In this document: in pieces, positions 27,272 to 40,824 of the stretch
Layout of the letters: every line of letters begins with the position of its first letter
How positions within the stretch are numbered: position 1 is the stretch's first letter
Source: Antedon mediterranea
Taxonomy: Eukaryota > Animalia > Echinodermata
Length of the DNA: 64,000 nucleotides
NCBI RefSeq assembly: GCF_964355755.1
Contig: NC_092680.1
Location: forward strand, 6,510,001 to 6,574,000
Reading direction: 5' to 3'
The notes under the pieces: model-generated
Seen by the model: the letters and a program-made list of their open reading frames with translations, nothing else
Told to the model about the DNA's origin: nothing
Database searches by the model: none
Program-made: the position numbers and the translations under genes

Positions 27272-28145
27272 TTATTAGGTGATCATTTAGAACAAAATGA
27301 TCACCTATTGTTATTGTATGAACTCTTTTTTATTTATTTCTTTCTGTACATACTTTGGGTGCTAATTATCTCAAAAAGTTAAGTATCAATAATCAAAACA
27401 ATATCACAATATCTTCAAAATAATTTAGTTTAATCCTAGTTTGCTTTTCAGCGTGATCACACATCCGTGACGTCATTTATACGCCATTTTGTGAAATCAC
27501 ATTATCAATCATATCTCCATAACTCTTTATCACATTATCAATAAAATTTACTATACATAAACTTCAGGTAAAGGGTAAAAATAGTAGCCAATCAAACGCA
27601 CGCGCACGTAAAATATGGAAGAATGCGTAAATTAATTGTACAAAAGTGCTAAAAATTTTAAAAAATAAGGCATTTTTAAAATTAAAATAACTCTTCAGAA
27701 GTTTCGTCAACCCCCAATTTTTTTAACTTATTCGGGAAGCCATTTAGTTGTTGTAGATATGAATTCATGTACACATTTGACGGAGAATCTGGTCCATAGA
27801 AAGTAAATTACATATAAATGAAATAAATAAAATAAACAAAATTACTAGACCGCATCTACGTTATTTAAGCCTGATTTTCGCTAACATATTAGTATGTGCT
27901 TGCTAAAAAATTATCATTATTATAAGTTGCCACCATTTTCATTATGATGACGTCATCACGCGTAAAAACTTGAATAACGTGGGTCGAGTAATTTTACCTT
28001 CAGCGTATGGCCAATTGAATTAATTATCTTTCGAAATTGTGATCTTCAAATTTATTTTGACAACGTCATCATACCAAAACATTAGAACATGGTGTGGTTC
28101 TTGTAATTTCACCTATGTTACACTGTATATAGATATACAGTACAC
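27272..28145 (+). mobile_element. Second HINE-like family (subTIR TAGGTGA)
   Basis: 5' TAGGTGATCATTT...AAATGATCACCTA hairpin; 3' TTCACCTA followed by hairpin ACTGTATA-TAGA-TATACAGT. Confidence 0.5.
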
Positions 28146-28559
28146 TGTACTGTATAGAGTATATTCTATGACACATAATAGGCACCAATCAGCACCATAA
28201 GCATATATGCATCAAGTAATAGGATTGCATAAATATCGCATATATATAAATATAATAGTTTTTTTTTAATGGATTCCTCGACTTAAACATGAATTTGAAT
28301 TTCAGCACTGTATAAACTTTTCGAGTAAATATCAGCAGCAGCAACGGGTACTATTATATATTCGTTAAATACTACGACCATGTGTCTTCAGAGGAAGACA
28401 GCTACAATAACAGCAACAGTAACACAGAGTAGTTGAGTATAGCATAAAGCAATGTAATCTATGAATAAAGTCAGTTTACTCAATTCCCTGCCAAAACAAT
28501 TCCATCACCATTTTCCAAAGTTTAGTAAATAATTGAGGGCGCTATATGGCTCTGCGTTA

Positions 28560-28661
28560 GAACATCAATGTAATCAAACTTTCTCAGCTGACAGCTACTA
28601 ATAGGCGGTTAGGCATACTCCTATCTAGCTAGTTTGTCTCTTATTTCTTTGTAGAAAAGAG
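28560..28661 (+). other. Candidate non-coding 5' exon of the SWEET1 gene
   Basis: Strong donor GAG|GTAAGT at 28662 in a CpG-containing region. The first coding exon has a splice acceptor, so an upstream UTR exon is required. The start coordinate is a guess. Confidence 0.3.
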
Positions 28662-28924
28662 GTAAGTTTAAATGGGTTTGATATATGCAATATTATTATT
28701 ATTATGCATCAGTCTGTCGATTTGAACATAACTTCAATGGTAGCATAGTCAATAGAATCTTCTTGTGAGGCGCCTTCTTATTACGCGACCGAAATGATTG
28801 GATACGTACTAGGGGGCCTAGCTTAGCCTAGGCCTAGCTGAATACAGTGTACCGATCACTTCGGCCGCGGTTCTATTGAGAGCCGATCGGGCTTATTCCA
28901 AGACGATCGGGTAGCAGCGCGTGT

Positions 28925-30443
28925 GGGTCATTCTTCAGTAAGTGTCTAAAATCGTGTCCCGATACTTTGGTGGGATAGAGACTGAAAATTCATCATTAAA
29001 AAATAAAAATTCTTGACTTAAATCATAATCAACATTATTGTAAATATAATTAATTACATAAAACAAAGATAATAACATTGATATTGATAAAATCCTATGT
29101 CCCGATCGTACATCTTCAATTTTATGATCGCCGTATATATTTGATAACAGGACTTTTGTTATCGAAAATATTGTAAAAAGTTAGTTAATCATGATTTCAT
29201 GCGATTATATTCTTCGAAATACATCTCTACATACATTAAATCTCAAACTTTAAAGTTTTTGTTTGGAAAAAGCTTGTCCCGCAGTTTTGTGTCATTTCCG
29301 TCACATAATTTAAATGTGCCGTCTACAGTTTAATGAACGGCGGGGAAAGAAATTGACTGTGCGTTGTAAACATGCGAAGATATTGAAATAAAACTAGCCG
29401 CACATCATTTTCAATAAAAGAGGAAAAAGGCTAATAAAACGAGGTTTTAGAAAAATTACAGTTGCGTACCTTTATTGAATGTCATATCCGAACGGTATAG
29501 AACTCATTAAATAATTATAATTTCTGTTTTTTTTCAACTGGAAGTACAAGTTATTCATGGTATCTAGAAGTATGCAATCCGTCTCCGCTGTCAGACATGC
29601 CTACGATGTGATCCTAGGCTGTCCAATGCTAAATACATCATCTCCGTCACGGTCAGCTCCGTCACATTTCCCAATGTTTCGTTGTGACGGAGATGACGGC
29701 CTGTGACGGATATGACTTTTTGTTATTGCCAGGGCCTTTTTTTGTTGTACATTTTGTTTTGTATATCTTTATTATGTTATTACATTGTATATCTATGTGA
29801 CTCTGGTCAATAAACATAATCAAATCATATCTTAAAGTCATCTCCGTCACATGATTTTTAAAGTTCGTCATATCCGTCACGGTTTCATCTCCGTCACATG
29901 GATATTTTATCCTTTTAAATCCTAAAATATTTAAGTAATGAACGCAATTATGTGGTATATTGAAATATAAACATTATTCTTCTACTATGTCAATGGATAG
30001 TAATATTAGTTCAACAGAATTTTGTAAAACATCAGTGACAGTCATACTATTTTCTGAAAATTATTATTTTTTGGAATAGTAAATGGTTTTGAACGTATAA
30101 CATCATACTAATAAATGTTAAAACAATCATTTTTTGATGAATAGAGACAAAAATAATATATAGTATCAAAGAATTAATAATGGAAATAATTTTATAATTC
30201 CTAAACCGTTATTTTTTCTATCTTTGTATATTCCATAAAGGTGACGGAAATGACAGTAATATAGAACCATGTATTTATAAATACGAATAAAATACGAAAT
30301 ATATAATAAAGATTGCGCCAAACATACGCTTGCCATGTAATACATGTTCATTTATCTGAATAAACTTTTAAAATTTAAAAAATGCAAATTTTAAAATCGA
30401 TTTTTTATAAACCTGAAATTAGACACTTACTGAAGAATGACCC
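28925..30443. mobile_element. Non-autonomous DNA transposon with 25-bp perfect TIR (possibly Sola2-like)
   Basis: GGGTCATTCTTCAGTAAGTGTCTAA ... TTAGACACTTACTGAAGAATGACCC; internal TCCGTCAC motif about 9 times in both orientations; TSD unclear (GTGT/ACGT). Confidence 0.8.
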
Positions 30444-30614
30444 ACGTGGACGTTCGGGCTCAACATAATTAGACGATGGGGCCCAATCTAAAAATAAATA
30501 AAAGACGACCGGGTCCACGAAGTTAAGCCTGTTTTTTTTATTATCATTATTAGTAGTAACTCATCAGTAATTAGGCCTAGCCTAGTAACAATTGTTGGGC
30601 TTTTTGTGTACAAT

Positions 30615-30652
30615 CATGGATGGAGATAAGAATAAGTATTCTTTACTCCATG
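30615..30652. mobile_element. P-element-like micro-hairpin CATGGA...TCCATG (38 bp)
   Basis: Perfect 7-bp TSD GTACAAT (30608-30614, 30653-30659). Confidence 0.75.
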
Positions 30653-31293
30653 GTACAATGTATCTCTGCCTCTTTTTAATCCATTTTGTTCTTTTGTTTT
30701 TTTAACATCTTCGTTTCCCAATGATGTTAAAACAATTTAATTTATTACTTATTTATGGTTAATCAATCAATATCAATTCAATACAATTATTATAAAACAA
30801 TTATCCAATATTTATTAAGGCTGAGGAAGGCTTATATAATATATATATAATCATGGGATATTTTTTTAAATTAAAATCGACAGAAGAAAAACCCGGACCG
30901 ATTTTGGCAGTGGCGGCCTGCTTTTGGCCACAACTTTAGAGTCAAAGCTAATCCGGCTGGACCGATTTTGGTCCCAGACCATATTTGTTGTGACATGTCC
31001 CGTAGTGTGCGATCAATCATTTGGTTAATTTGTACAACACAATACAGTATTACACTCGGTATGTGTGTGATAATAGTGTAATGATTTTGGGGTAGAAGAA
31101 AAAGATGGAGGGAGAGTTAGGCAGGAGGAGAAGAGGAGAACGGACGTGAGAAAAACGGAGAGAGAGATTGGAGAAGGAAGGTAATGGAGGGTGAACTCGA
31201 GCTGCGTGATAAACAGGAGAGATAATAAGAAAAAGATGGCAGTTAAGCTGTTGTGTCTACTGTTTAAGCTACAGTTGAGCCAGCGGCTACGAA

Positions 31294-31830
31294 TACTGTT
31301 GGAGATATAGCTTTAGCCGGAGGTTACACCTACTGGTTGTGTTAATGTTGGAGATATAGCTTTAGCTGGAGGTTACACCTACTGGTTGTGATACTGTTGG
31401 AGATATAGCTTTAGCCGGAGGTTACACCTACTGGTTGTGTTAATGTTAGAGATATAGCTTTAGCCGGAGGTTACACCTACTGGTAGTGATACTGTTGGAG
31501 ATATAGCTTTAGCCGGAGGTTACACCTACTGGTTGTGATACTGTTGGAGATATAGTAGAGCCGGAGGTTACGCCTACTGGTTGTGTTACTTTTTGAGATA
31601 CAGCAGAGCTGTAGGTTACACCTACTGGTTGTGTTACTGTTGGAGATATAGCTTTAGCCGGAGGTTACACCTACTGGTTGTGTTAATGTTGGAGATACAG
31701 CAGAGCTGTAGGTTACACCTACTGGTTGTGTTACTGTTTGAGATATAGCTTTAGCCGGAGGTTACGCCTACTGGTTGTGTTACTGTTTGAGATACAGTTA
31801 GCCAGTGGTACACCCTCTGGTTGTGATACT
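31294..31830. repeat. 49-bp tandem repeat (~11 units)
   Basis: TGTTGGAGATATAGCTTTAGCCGGAGGTTACACCTACTGGTTGTG(T/A)TA(A/C), with the GAGAT core recurring at about 31301, 31350, 31399, 31448 and onward. Confidence 0.95.
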
Positions 31831-32000
31831 GTGTTGGTGGATATGCAGTTGTTGTTGGTTACGCTGTTGTTGGTGGATACGCTGTTGCTTGTGGTTACGC
31901 AGTTGTTGGTGGATACGCCGTTGTTGGTTGTGATACTGCTTTGCTGGTGGTTACGCCGTTATTGGTGGTTACGCAGTTGCTGGTGGTTATGCCGCCCGAT
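31831..32000. repeat. 18-bp tandem repeat (GTTGTTGGTGG(A/T)TACGC(A/C/T))
   Basis: About 9 degenerate units directly after the 49-bp array. Confidence 0.85.
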
Positions 32001-33589
32001 AGCTTGTGGTTGTGCAGAAACTGGTGATGCTGGTTAAAGATCCTAATTAATCATAATTCTAATTTTCTGCTGTAATCATTAATCTGGCGAAACAAAATGA
32101 AACGGAGACACCTCAAAATAAGTTTCTTGTATTTGTTTATTTTGGTAAGAGTGAGATTGGTTCAAGCCGCAGACTTCCCCAAAGGGAACGAACTTGAGAA
32201 GGACGAAATTTTGTTACAATAGTATGCCGAGAACTCACTTGGCTATTAGGCCCAACGGTTCATTCCAGTGAATGGTGGCCAGAGTGATCAGCTACCACCT
32301 AGTAGGGTAGGGAGGCAGGTAAGCAGATCCGACTACTAGAACTAGGTAGGCCTATGCTAGTCCTAGCTAGCTAAAGGCCTACCATTACCAGAACAGCATT
32401 ACAGAGCCGACATGCTAAACCTACACAAAAATTATCCTTCTATAGGCAATGTTGGATAAAGATGATGAATAAAAGACACAGGTTACGTCAGCCAATCAAT
32501 TGAATTAATGTGATTAGTATTCAGTATTTTTAAATTAAACAAACAAGCCAATTTGCACATGATTCAAAATGAACCAATCAAACTTCAAGGATATGTTTGA
32601 AATAAACGATTTTAACAGATCAAGAACAGAACATTTATATTGGAGGACAAGTAGGAATGCCATAATCTGTTGATCATAATTTGTGTTTTTTTTTATGTGA
32701 CCTCACTCATCCAGATGCATTTTGGGATTTATAATGTATTAAATATCTAGATGATATGATTACTACAGTACTGCCTCTATGCAATTATGTTCATTAAAGC
32801 TAGGAATAAATTGGAAAATAATTTTTTCTTCAATTATAGTAAATTATTTTGACAGAGGTATATCGACTTATAGAATTATCACCATCAACCTAAATCAAAT
32901 TTTGGCGTACTGAAATTTCCATTAGTGTTTTTCATTTACCATTTAATTATAATTACTAAGTTATAATAAGGTTTAATATCCTTTGAGGCCATATGGATTT
33001 GAGTCAATCAGTTCACTCTTGCAGCAGGAGTTTCTGGTGGAAGATAAGAGTTAAAAATTAATTTATAATATGTGTAATGAAAAAATAAAAAAATAAAACT
33101 CTAGTAGTATGATCTTTGCTATGACTTTACTTTTATGTTTTGGAAGGTGGACAAAACATGCTCAGTACACATCTAACACCCAGACCCTGTGATTTTCAAC
33201 CCTTTTTAAATTTTTTAAAGGGAAATCAGACATAAGTCGGAATTTTCAAAATTGAGATTTTCACAAATACTGAAACTACATAATCCAAGATTTTAAAATG
33301 CTGAAAAAAAATGTTTTGAGAAAAATGCTTTTAAAGAATAAGTAACAGGAAATAACAATACAAAAAAATAATCAGGCTGTTTTAAGTTTACAAGTTAATG
33401 CTACCAAAAATGTTTTCATTTATAGACTTTCCTTTCAATATAATTATAAATATAATATGATTTTACACGACGATAAAACTTTTGACATTTTCTATAACAA
33501 TATTTTCATGTTAAAAATTAAGGTAGTGCTATTTAACTGGTTTTATTGTTCTTGTTTTGATTTTCTGATCGTTAACATTGTAGATTTTA

Positions 33590-33750
33590 TTGAGTAATTT
33601 TATATAACTATATATATTTTAATCTTTAATGTATTTATTTTTTTTTTGAATATTTATATTTGAATCATCCTGTAATGGGCGATATCGCTGTTGGATGTAT
33701 GTGAAATAAAATAAATAAAAATAAAATAATAAAATAATAAAATAATAAAA
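33590..33750 (+). mobile_element. LINE 3'-UTR remnant
   Basis: T-rich tract, hairpin CATCC..GCGATATCGC..GGATG, then an (AATAA)n tail. Confidence 0.45.
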
Positions 33751-35798
33751 TATTCTAATATACAGTAATATATAATATATTCTATGCCATGTCTACCTAC
33801 TATTATGCAAAATTATTCTATGGAGAAATTTACTTTATCTGCTAATTGTCTTTTTAAGAATGGATTAGAGTAAAATGTAATACTCTTTAGTCTTATGTAA
33901 ATTTAAAAAAATTATAAAAACAAAACAGTTTTTAAATGGATAAAAGGAAGGAGAGAACCCAGCTTCCAAAATAATATTAAATTTCTTTTGATTTTATAAA
34001 CAAATCACCTTTGCTTTCTGTTTAAAAAAAATATATATTTTTTGTTCAAATGAGAGTTGAAGCACTCTCAGAAGTTGTATGTGCTACTATACAGAAATAA
34101 TAAGATTACTTAATATTTAGTTTTAATATCATTTCCTCTTGGCAAAAATAACTGATTTGATCAACTTTAACCATAAACATGCATTCTTTATGACCGAAAC
34201 AGTTAACTTGATTATTTAATTCTTTTCATTTGGAAAGATCAATTGAAAGCATGCAATAGCCATTTCCACGCTCGATCTAAATATTTACTGTAATTTAGTG
34301 TTTTAATGGGATAACATGCTTTAAATAAAATTTTTATTAAACATGTTTTAAGTAGAATGTGATTTGAAGTTCAATTGAAAAGTTTGTTTGCTTAGTGAGT
34401 CTTTCTCAAAATCATCTTGTGTCTGAAGTCCAGTATGTTAAACTTTTTGTATCGTTCAATGATGTCTCACTTTTCAATGGCAAAGCCTTTGAAATTTGTA
34501 TAAAAGTCAGAAACTTTCTAATGACTCCTGTATATCCGCCATATATCTGTCAAAATCCTGCTATGCTGTATATTTTTTTATTTGCCTATTCCAGTGTCTT
34601 TATTTTATTCTTTTTGCATTTTTAATTGCTTTTAATAGCAACATTGACTAAAGTGCAAATCTCCAATTATTTACATAGGTCATTTGTATCAAGTGAAAAT
34701 ACTCAACAAAGATTTGGCTATCGAAATTTATAAAAAAATACCCTCTGATGACTTGATGCCGTTACGTAGCAATTTAAGGGATGTCACACAGACCTAGCTA
34801 AAATGCATCTATTTCAACTTCAAGCGTAAAGTAACATTCAAACCCTTCATGTCAGTTATCACAAACATTCAGAATGGCCAAGTGGCATTCAGATTTGACA
34901 TTTTCTGTAAGTAATTACTGTAATTACTGTTTGGTTTGAAAAATTTGTTTTTTTTTCACATTCTGTAGACCAACAGCAATTGGAACTCAACTCAACTATA
35001 CCACAAACAATACAATTTCCCTTTCACATAGACTTTGGTCTTTGAAAACAAGTGTTTGCTTTGGCCAATAGTCAAGTGGTGAATTGAGAGGCTTGTCAAA
35101 AAAGATTTCAAAATATACAGGTACATGTGTATTAAAAAATAAAATACATTGTCCATAGAAGATAGAGGCAAATTAAGCTCAGGGAAAGAACCCTGTAACA
35201 ATCAAACAACTAGTTGAAATTGACTGTAAAGTATAATATAACAAAGAGTAACTTCTGTTTTTAAATCAAAAAATTGTACATTGTCACTTCTGACAATATC
35301 AACAATGCTCTGTTGATTTTATTTATTCAGTTTTAAATATTACTGAAAAAAACTATTCCAAGATTATATTTGCTATGGATAAGATTATGGTATTCCGAAA
35401 TTAAAAGATGAATGAAATATGAACATACTGTACTGTCACTGTTAAACTTTCTTTTAACAGATTACAAATATAATAAATAATTCTAAATTAAAAAAGGTTT
35501 ACTTTTAATATTTTAAATAATTATTTTAAAATAATAAAATACTATAAAGAAAATAGGAAATAAATAAAAAATTTAGGTATGAACATAATTGCTAATTGTT
35601 TCAAATTTTCCAAAACCTGCCAAGAAGATCAAGGTATGTTCTGAGGAGAAAACATTCCATTGTTTTAATAGGAAAAGGTTTAGAAACAGACAGTAGAGCA
35701 AAGGGTGGCCTGAATAAAGATCATACAGTATATGTGATGGTAGATGATGAAATGATAAGGACTGTATCTTGTTTTTTTTTTTATTAGGACTTCTAAAA

Positions 35799-35866
35799 AT
35801 GGGGTTGGTTGAGTGTCTCTCTCTCTTCTGCATTGTTGTCACGGTTGCAAGTTTTAGTGCTGGAAT
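35799..35866 (+). CDS. SLC50A1: SWEET1 sugar transporter, coding exon 1 (MGLVECLSLFCIVVTVASFSAG(I))
   Basis: Acceptor TTTTATTAG at 35787, AAAAATGG start, AT|GTAAGT phase-2 donor. Resembles human TM1 ACVVFTLGMFSAGL. Confidence 0.9.
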
Positions 35867-38800
35867 GTAAGTATAAAAGAACATTTTTATTCTTAACTTC
35901 AGAATTAATACATTTTTATATAGCTATATAGTGGAAAAGGTGTCTTAAAGAAATAAGATTATACAGTAATTGTAAGTAATAGAAAATGTTCTACATTGCT
36001 ATCAATTCTGAGTAGGATCAGTGAAATTCAATTAATAATCAGTTAAAAATTAGTAATAAAAGCCATCTTAAAGAAAGAGACAGTGGGATTGTCAGCCTCT
36101 TGGCAATTTACTGGCAATTGATTTATTTGTCTCTAAGTTTTTTCAATTCCATTTCTTCTTAAAAAGATGACGACTATCAATATTATAATTTTAATAACCT
36201 GTATTTAATTTTTTTTCTGATTCTATTTTTATCAAAGATAAATGAATATTATAAAAACAAACTTGAAAACCTTAATATATTTTGTTTTTTTTAAATGTTT
36301 TAACGATAACTATTATATTTATGACATTTTTTTTATCGTATGACACCTTAAATATAAATTTTAAAATGATAAGAGAAGATGATAAATTGGAAATAGAAAC
36401 AACATAAAGAAAAGAAACATAAACATAACAATTTGTTTTCAAAGAAATATTTATATTGAATTGTTAATAATAATTGAAATGGATTAATGGTGAGATAAGA
36501 TCTAACAAGACAAAAAAAAATCTAAACATAACTTCAAACTTATCAATGTTTTCATCCGTAAAAAGACAGACGTGCAATTTACATGCAAGGTAGGTAAAAT
36601 ATGATTATAGTTTAATAGGAAATTTCTAGTGCGTTTCATAGGTCATCTCCATTCTCTTGGGCCTGAGGTAATAAAACAATTATCTTTTTTTATTAATCTT
36701 TTATCGTTTCTCATTATTATTGTCACCTTCTAGATGTGTGAATTTGATGAATTTTAATGAAAGTTCAAAAGCAAGAAAAGTCTTAGGTAATTGCATTTCT
36801 CAGTTTTCCACAGTTGTGGTTGTGATTCATATATTTAACTTAAACCACTTTATCACTAAATTGTGATTTAATAAAGTAATAAGATTATTGTGGAATTTTG
36901 TTTTCAGAGAACTGTAAAGAAGTATCTTAACAGAAATAGTGGAAAGAAAGAATTACAAGAAAGTCTGTTGTGTTATATTCATAATTATAATTTTTAACTT
37001 CTTTCTTCTATTAATATTAACAAAACTATCAAATAAAATTACTTTTTTTAGCAGTATACATTTAATGAACCCTTTTTGAAGATACAGCAAAGTGATATTT
37101 TGAATATTTCATTTATTAAAAGCTTACTTAATTAATTGACATTAAATTATGTCTAAACACTCTGGTGTCTTTAAAACAGGTTCCAAGAAATGGCGGCTGC
37201 CTTGTATTGTTATAATGCATACCTTGTCAGGTACATTGTAAACAAGAAACATTTCTTACAAAAAACGTTGCTCGCTTATTGAAAAATATTTTTTATATCA
37301 AATGTTTTTGAATGTGTCATCATTTTATTGTCACATAATAGTTATTTTACCTGAAAAAAATGTAATTTAAAGCAACAAATACTTAAATTGTCTGTCAGAC
37401 AATGGTTTTTGGGTTTCTTTTCTCTTTTTATATGTGAATAAATATTATTTTTTTGTTACAGAAGTGAATACTCAATTTCTGTCACTTTAGTTAATTTTAT
37501 TGCAAGGTCAAGTTTGGGGGTCACTTCATCACCCTAGATATTTCAAGTGTGAAGTATCCTATTACAAACACAAACTTTAATGGACAGTTTCGATAATAAT
37601 TCAATGAATATCTGACAGTGAATATACCAGAAATGTTTGGGATTTGTAATTTTATTAATTTTTTTTATGACGTATGTCCTAATTAGACTCTTTTTCCAGA
37701 CGTTTTTTGGGTCTACTGTAGCAGCTGGAATCAATAAATTATAGTGGAGTTTCCATTTTTGCAAAACTGTCATCCTTAGAACTATAACTGCTGCTTGCTT
37801 TAGCTTCTGATTGAGTAGTCCTAATGGGACGTAGCGGGCTAGAGCAGCAGCGTGAAAATCAGTAATTTCTTTCTGACATGAATGTGAAAGGGATAAAGGT
37901 AAACTTTTTTTTATTTAAGGTTAGCTAATATTTCTCTAGGACTGTATGCATTTGTCATGTCAAGGCAAGTGGCATGACATTTTTTATTTTGTAGTTGTTT
38001 GATAGTTGAGGTAATACTGTTCAAAGAAGCTACAGTTGGTTTAGCTTCAGTTTCTTATACACACTAAAAGATGGTAACATTGCATAACTTATTAACCTCT
38101 ATTATTTATTTACTAAAGGGAAAATAATATTTATGGAAAGTTATGTTTTAATAGTAGGAGTATACTGTACCTATAACTATTTACTGTTTTAGTGTATATT
38201 GACCATTTTGAATTTTTAAAATCCCAAACAATCTCTTTCTCACAAATTCCATAACTTTGGCAACCATCTTTCTGTTTACATCTTCCTAATGACGATGCAC
38301 CAGCTTGTTGTATGCTTTGTAAGTATGTTTTTCTCTTCTGTTTTCAATTCCTCTGTCCTACAGTACTATCTTCCAAGTGAGAAACAAGCTCCTCAATCCT
38401 CTAGTCATAAGGAAATGCCAGTTGCTAATTTCATTCTGACAACATAACCAATCAAACTTGCAGGGTGTGATGGCAATGTCAAACTCCTTTTTGTGCAACT
38501 CCATGTTGTTAAGACTTTACAACAACAAGCATAGTAAAAAAACTAGCTCTCTGGCCTAAACATTTCATCTGAATTGTCAAAATCATTATAGACAAGACAC
38601 TGCTTCTGGTCCGGTAATGCCAATTCATATTTTCCAATAAAAGCATCTGTTCTTCCGCCAGGCTTTATTATTTGCCCATCTACCCATGTTGTCAAAAAGA
38701 AAGGTGCTTATCCTCAGTTGTCTGCTTATGTAACTTGCCCATATGATCCTCACTTTCCGCCGGAACCATATCTCTGCTGCTGGCCAACGATCTTAAATTT

Positions 38801-39197
38801 TCTTTCATATCAACAATAATTTATTTTTGTTACATATAGAAATTTATTATTTCTTTGAAATACATTTTTTCATTAAAAAAATATTAAGGATATGAATATG
38901 TTACTCTACAATAGTAGACAAGCTTATAGAAAATAATTTTTTTATTAATAAAAAAGTAACACTTTTTAAAGTGACACCTTGGAATTGCCGGTGACAATTT
39001 CAACTAACATTGAACAGTAAAATATGTTCTGCATACTGATCTTATACATTTCTGTCACGTAATTTGACAAAGTAATTTAGAAAATCACATATCAACCATA
39101 CCTTTTAAGGAGGTAACATTCGCCTCAAGTAATCGTGTTGACAAGGTTATGGAATAATGGCCGACATAAGATTCACATTTGAACTTTGCATGCTTTG

Positions 39198-39560
39198 GTT
39201 TATTTATTTATTTATTCAACTTCTCACTAACACTGTTAGTGAAGGATCGGGACCAACAGGAGGTAAACACCTCTAAAACGGTCCAGTCCCAATTGCACAG
39301 TTTCTATGTGTGACAGTGGCTGTGTTTGTGTGGACTAGTACACCGGGGTAGCCCCCTACTCGTCTCGAAAGATGTACTACTGTAGGTTCTTTAAAGTGCA
39401 CATGAGCTATGTGTACACTGGACCTACGGTTTATAGTCCTTATCCGAAAAGGCTCGTTCTACCTCCAGAACCATGGAGCGAGTGAGCCTCGAACCCTTGC
39501 CGATGTTATGGCTACGTAATTACGGTTCCACTGTCTTAACAGCTCGGCCACTCACTCACA
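39198..39560 (-). mobile_element. tRNA-derived Deu/Nin-domain SINE with an alternative 3' tail
   Basis: Head and core are the reverse complement of the 54501 copy; the tail at 39198-39310 is unrelated to the other copies. Confidence 0.85.
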
Positions 39561-40824
39561 ATTATTATTATGAACAGTTAAACTTACAGTACTTATTGTA
39601 TGCAGATAAATTTTGCTTAATTTTGAGATCAGACACAATGCAAAAACTTCTGTAGAAATATAAACTGTATTAAATACCTAATTTATCTCTCTCATTCTCA
39701 GATCTTTCTGAAATGTATATTTGATATTTTTCATTTTAGAAATTATGTTTTCATAGCTGGGACATGCTGAAAACTCAAAAGGCCGAAATTCCGGATAAAA
39801 TAATTAATATTAGTTCGCTTCCATTATATAAAAGTAGCTCCATGATAATATGTTCTTCTTAATAATAATAATAATAATGTAATGTCATACACGGTTAATA
39901 ATAAGTTTATGCTATTCAATTATTTTTAAGTGCATGGTTCAATTTTTGCAGTAATCTAGGCTTCAACAAGCAAATGCAGGACATTTCCAAAAACTGGGGA
40001 GGCTATTTGATCCAGTATCAGTTAAATATCTATAGTGCTTATTTATCAATTGTCAAAAGTCAAATTAATAATATAACTGGAATAATGTATTAATAAGTAA
40101 TGATAGTTTGTGTGGGTGTATTGAATTATGCCAGATGATTATTATGGCATATCGCATACATCCCTGTAAACAACATATCATAGTGGACACATACATCATT
40201 TATTTTTTGCCTTTACAGTGGCTTGGTCATGAATTCTGATGTAGTATACTTAAATAATTCCAACTCATCTTGTACTAAATATCGGATCAATGAATAAGTA
40301 CCTCTTAGTCTATTAATTACCTATAATCCGCTTATTAGAAACTACAGATTTGAACTGCCCAATTGTTTAGCCATTAACATTTCTAATTTATAACTGTAAT
40401 ACTGTTTCATATCTTGTAAGATTATCTCGATTTAATCTACTTACAATGACCTGGTTTTGTTTACATTATTTACAGCATTTTGAGACCTACACATATAAGG
40501 TTTCATATAATATGCAAGATTAATAATAATAATAATATTTATTCGGCAAAAGTTCATAAAGTACATTTTACAATTCATCTTGCCAGGAGCAAGTAATAGG
40601 CATTAGTAACAACTGCATGGAAATGTTCTAATTATCAAACAATGCATGCATTTAAAAACCAAACAATAATTCCAGCTTTATCATATTCCATCCGAATGGG
40701 TACCTGGTTTAGGTCAAAGCACAACTGCCATGACAGCTAGTAAAATAGTAAATTGTTAACAAAAACAAGAGAGAAAAAAAAAACACATATATATATATAT
40801 ATATGACTTTATCCAAATTCCCTC

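Larger units (their letters stand above)
30996..32218 (+). mobile_element. Putative LTR (TGT...ACA) containing minisatellites
   Basis: TGT start, purine-rich stretch, AATAAG plus T-rich U5-like region, ...TTGTTACA end, then GC-richer leader-like sequence. No TSD, no clear PBS and no coding region. Confidence 0.3.

Noticed and set aside
31726-32037. 103-aa Leu/Val-rich ORF, or a mucin-like antisense frame
   Set aside because: It arises from 49-bp (not a multiple of 3) and 18-bp repeats; other frames contain stops.
37149-37240. Alternative SWEET1 first coding exon (…CIVIMHTLSG or MAAALYCY…)
   Set aside because: 35799-35866 gives a much better TM1 match with the correct phase and a consensus donor.
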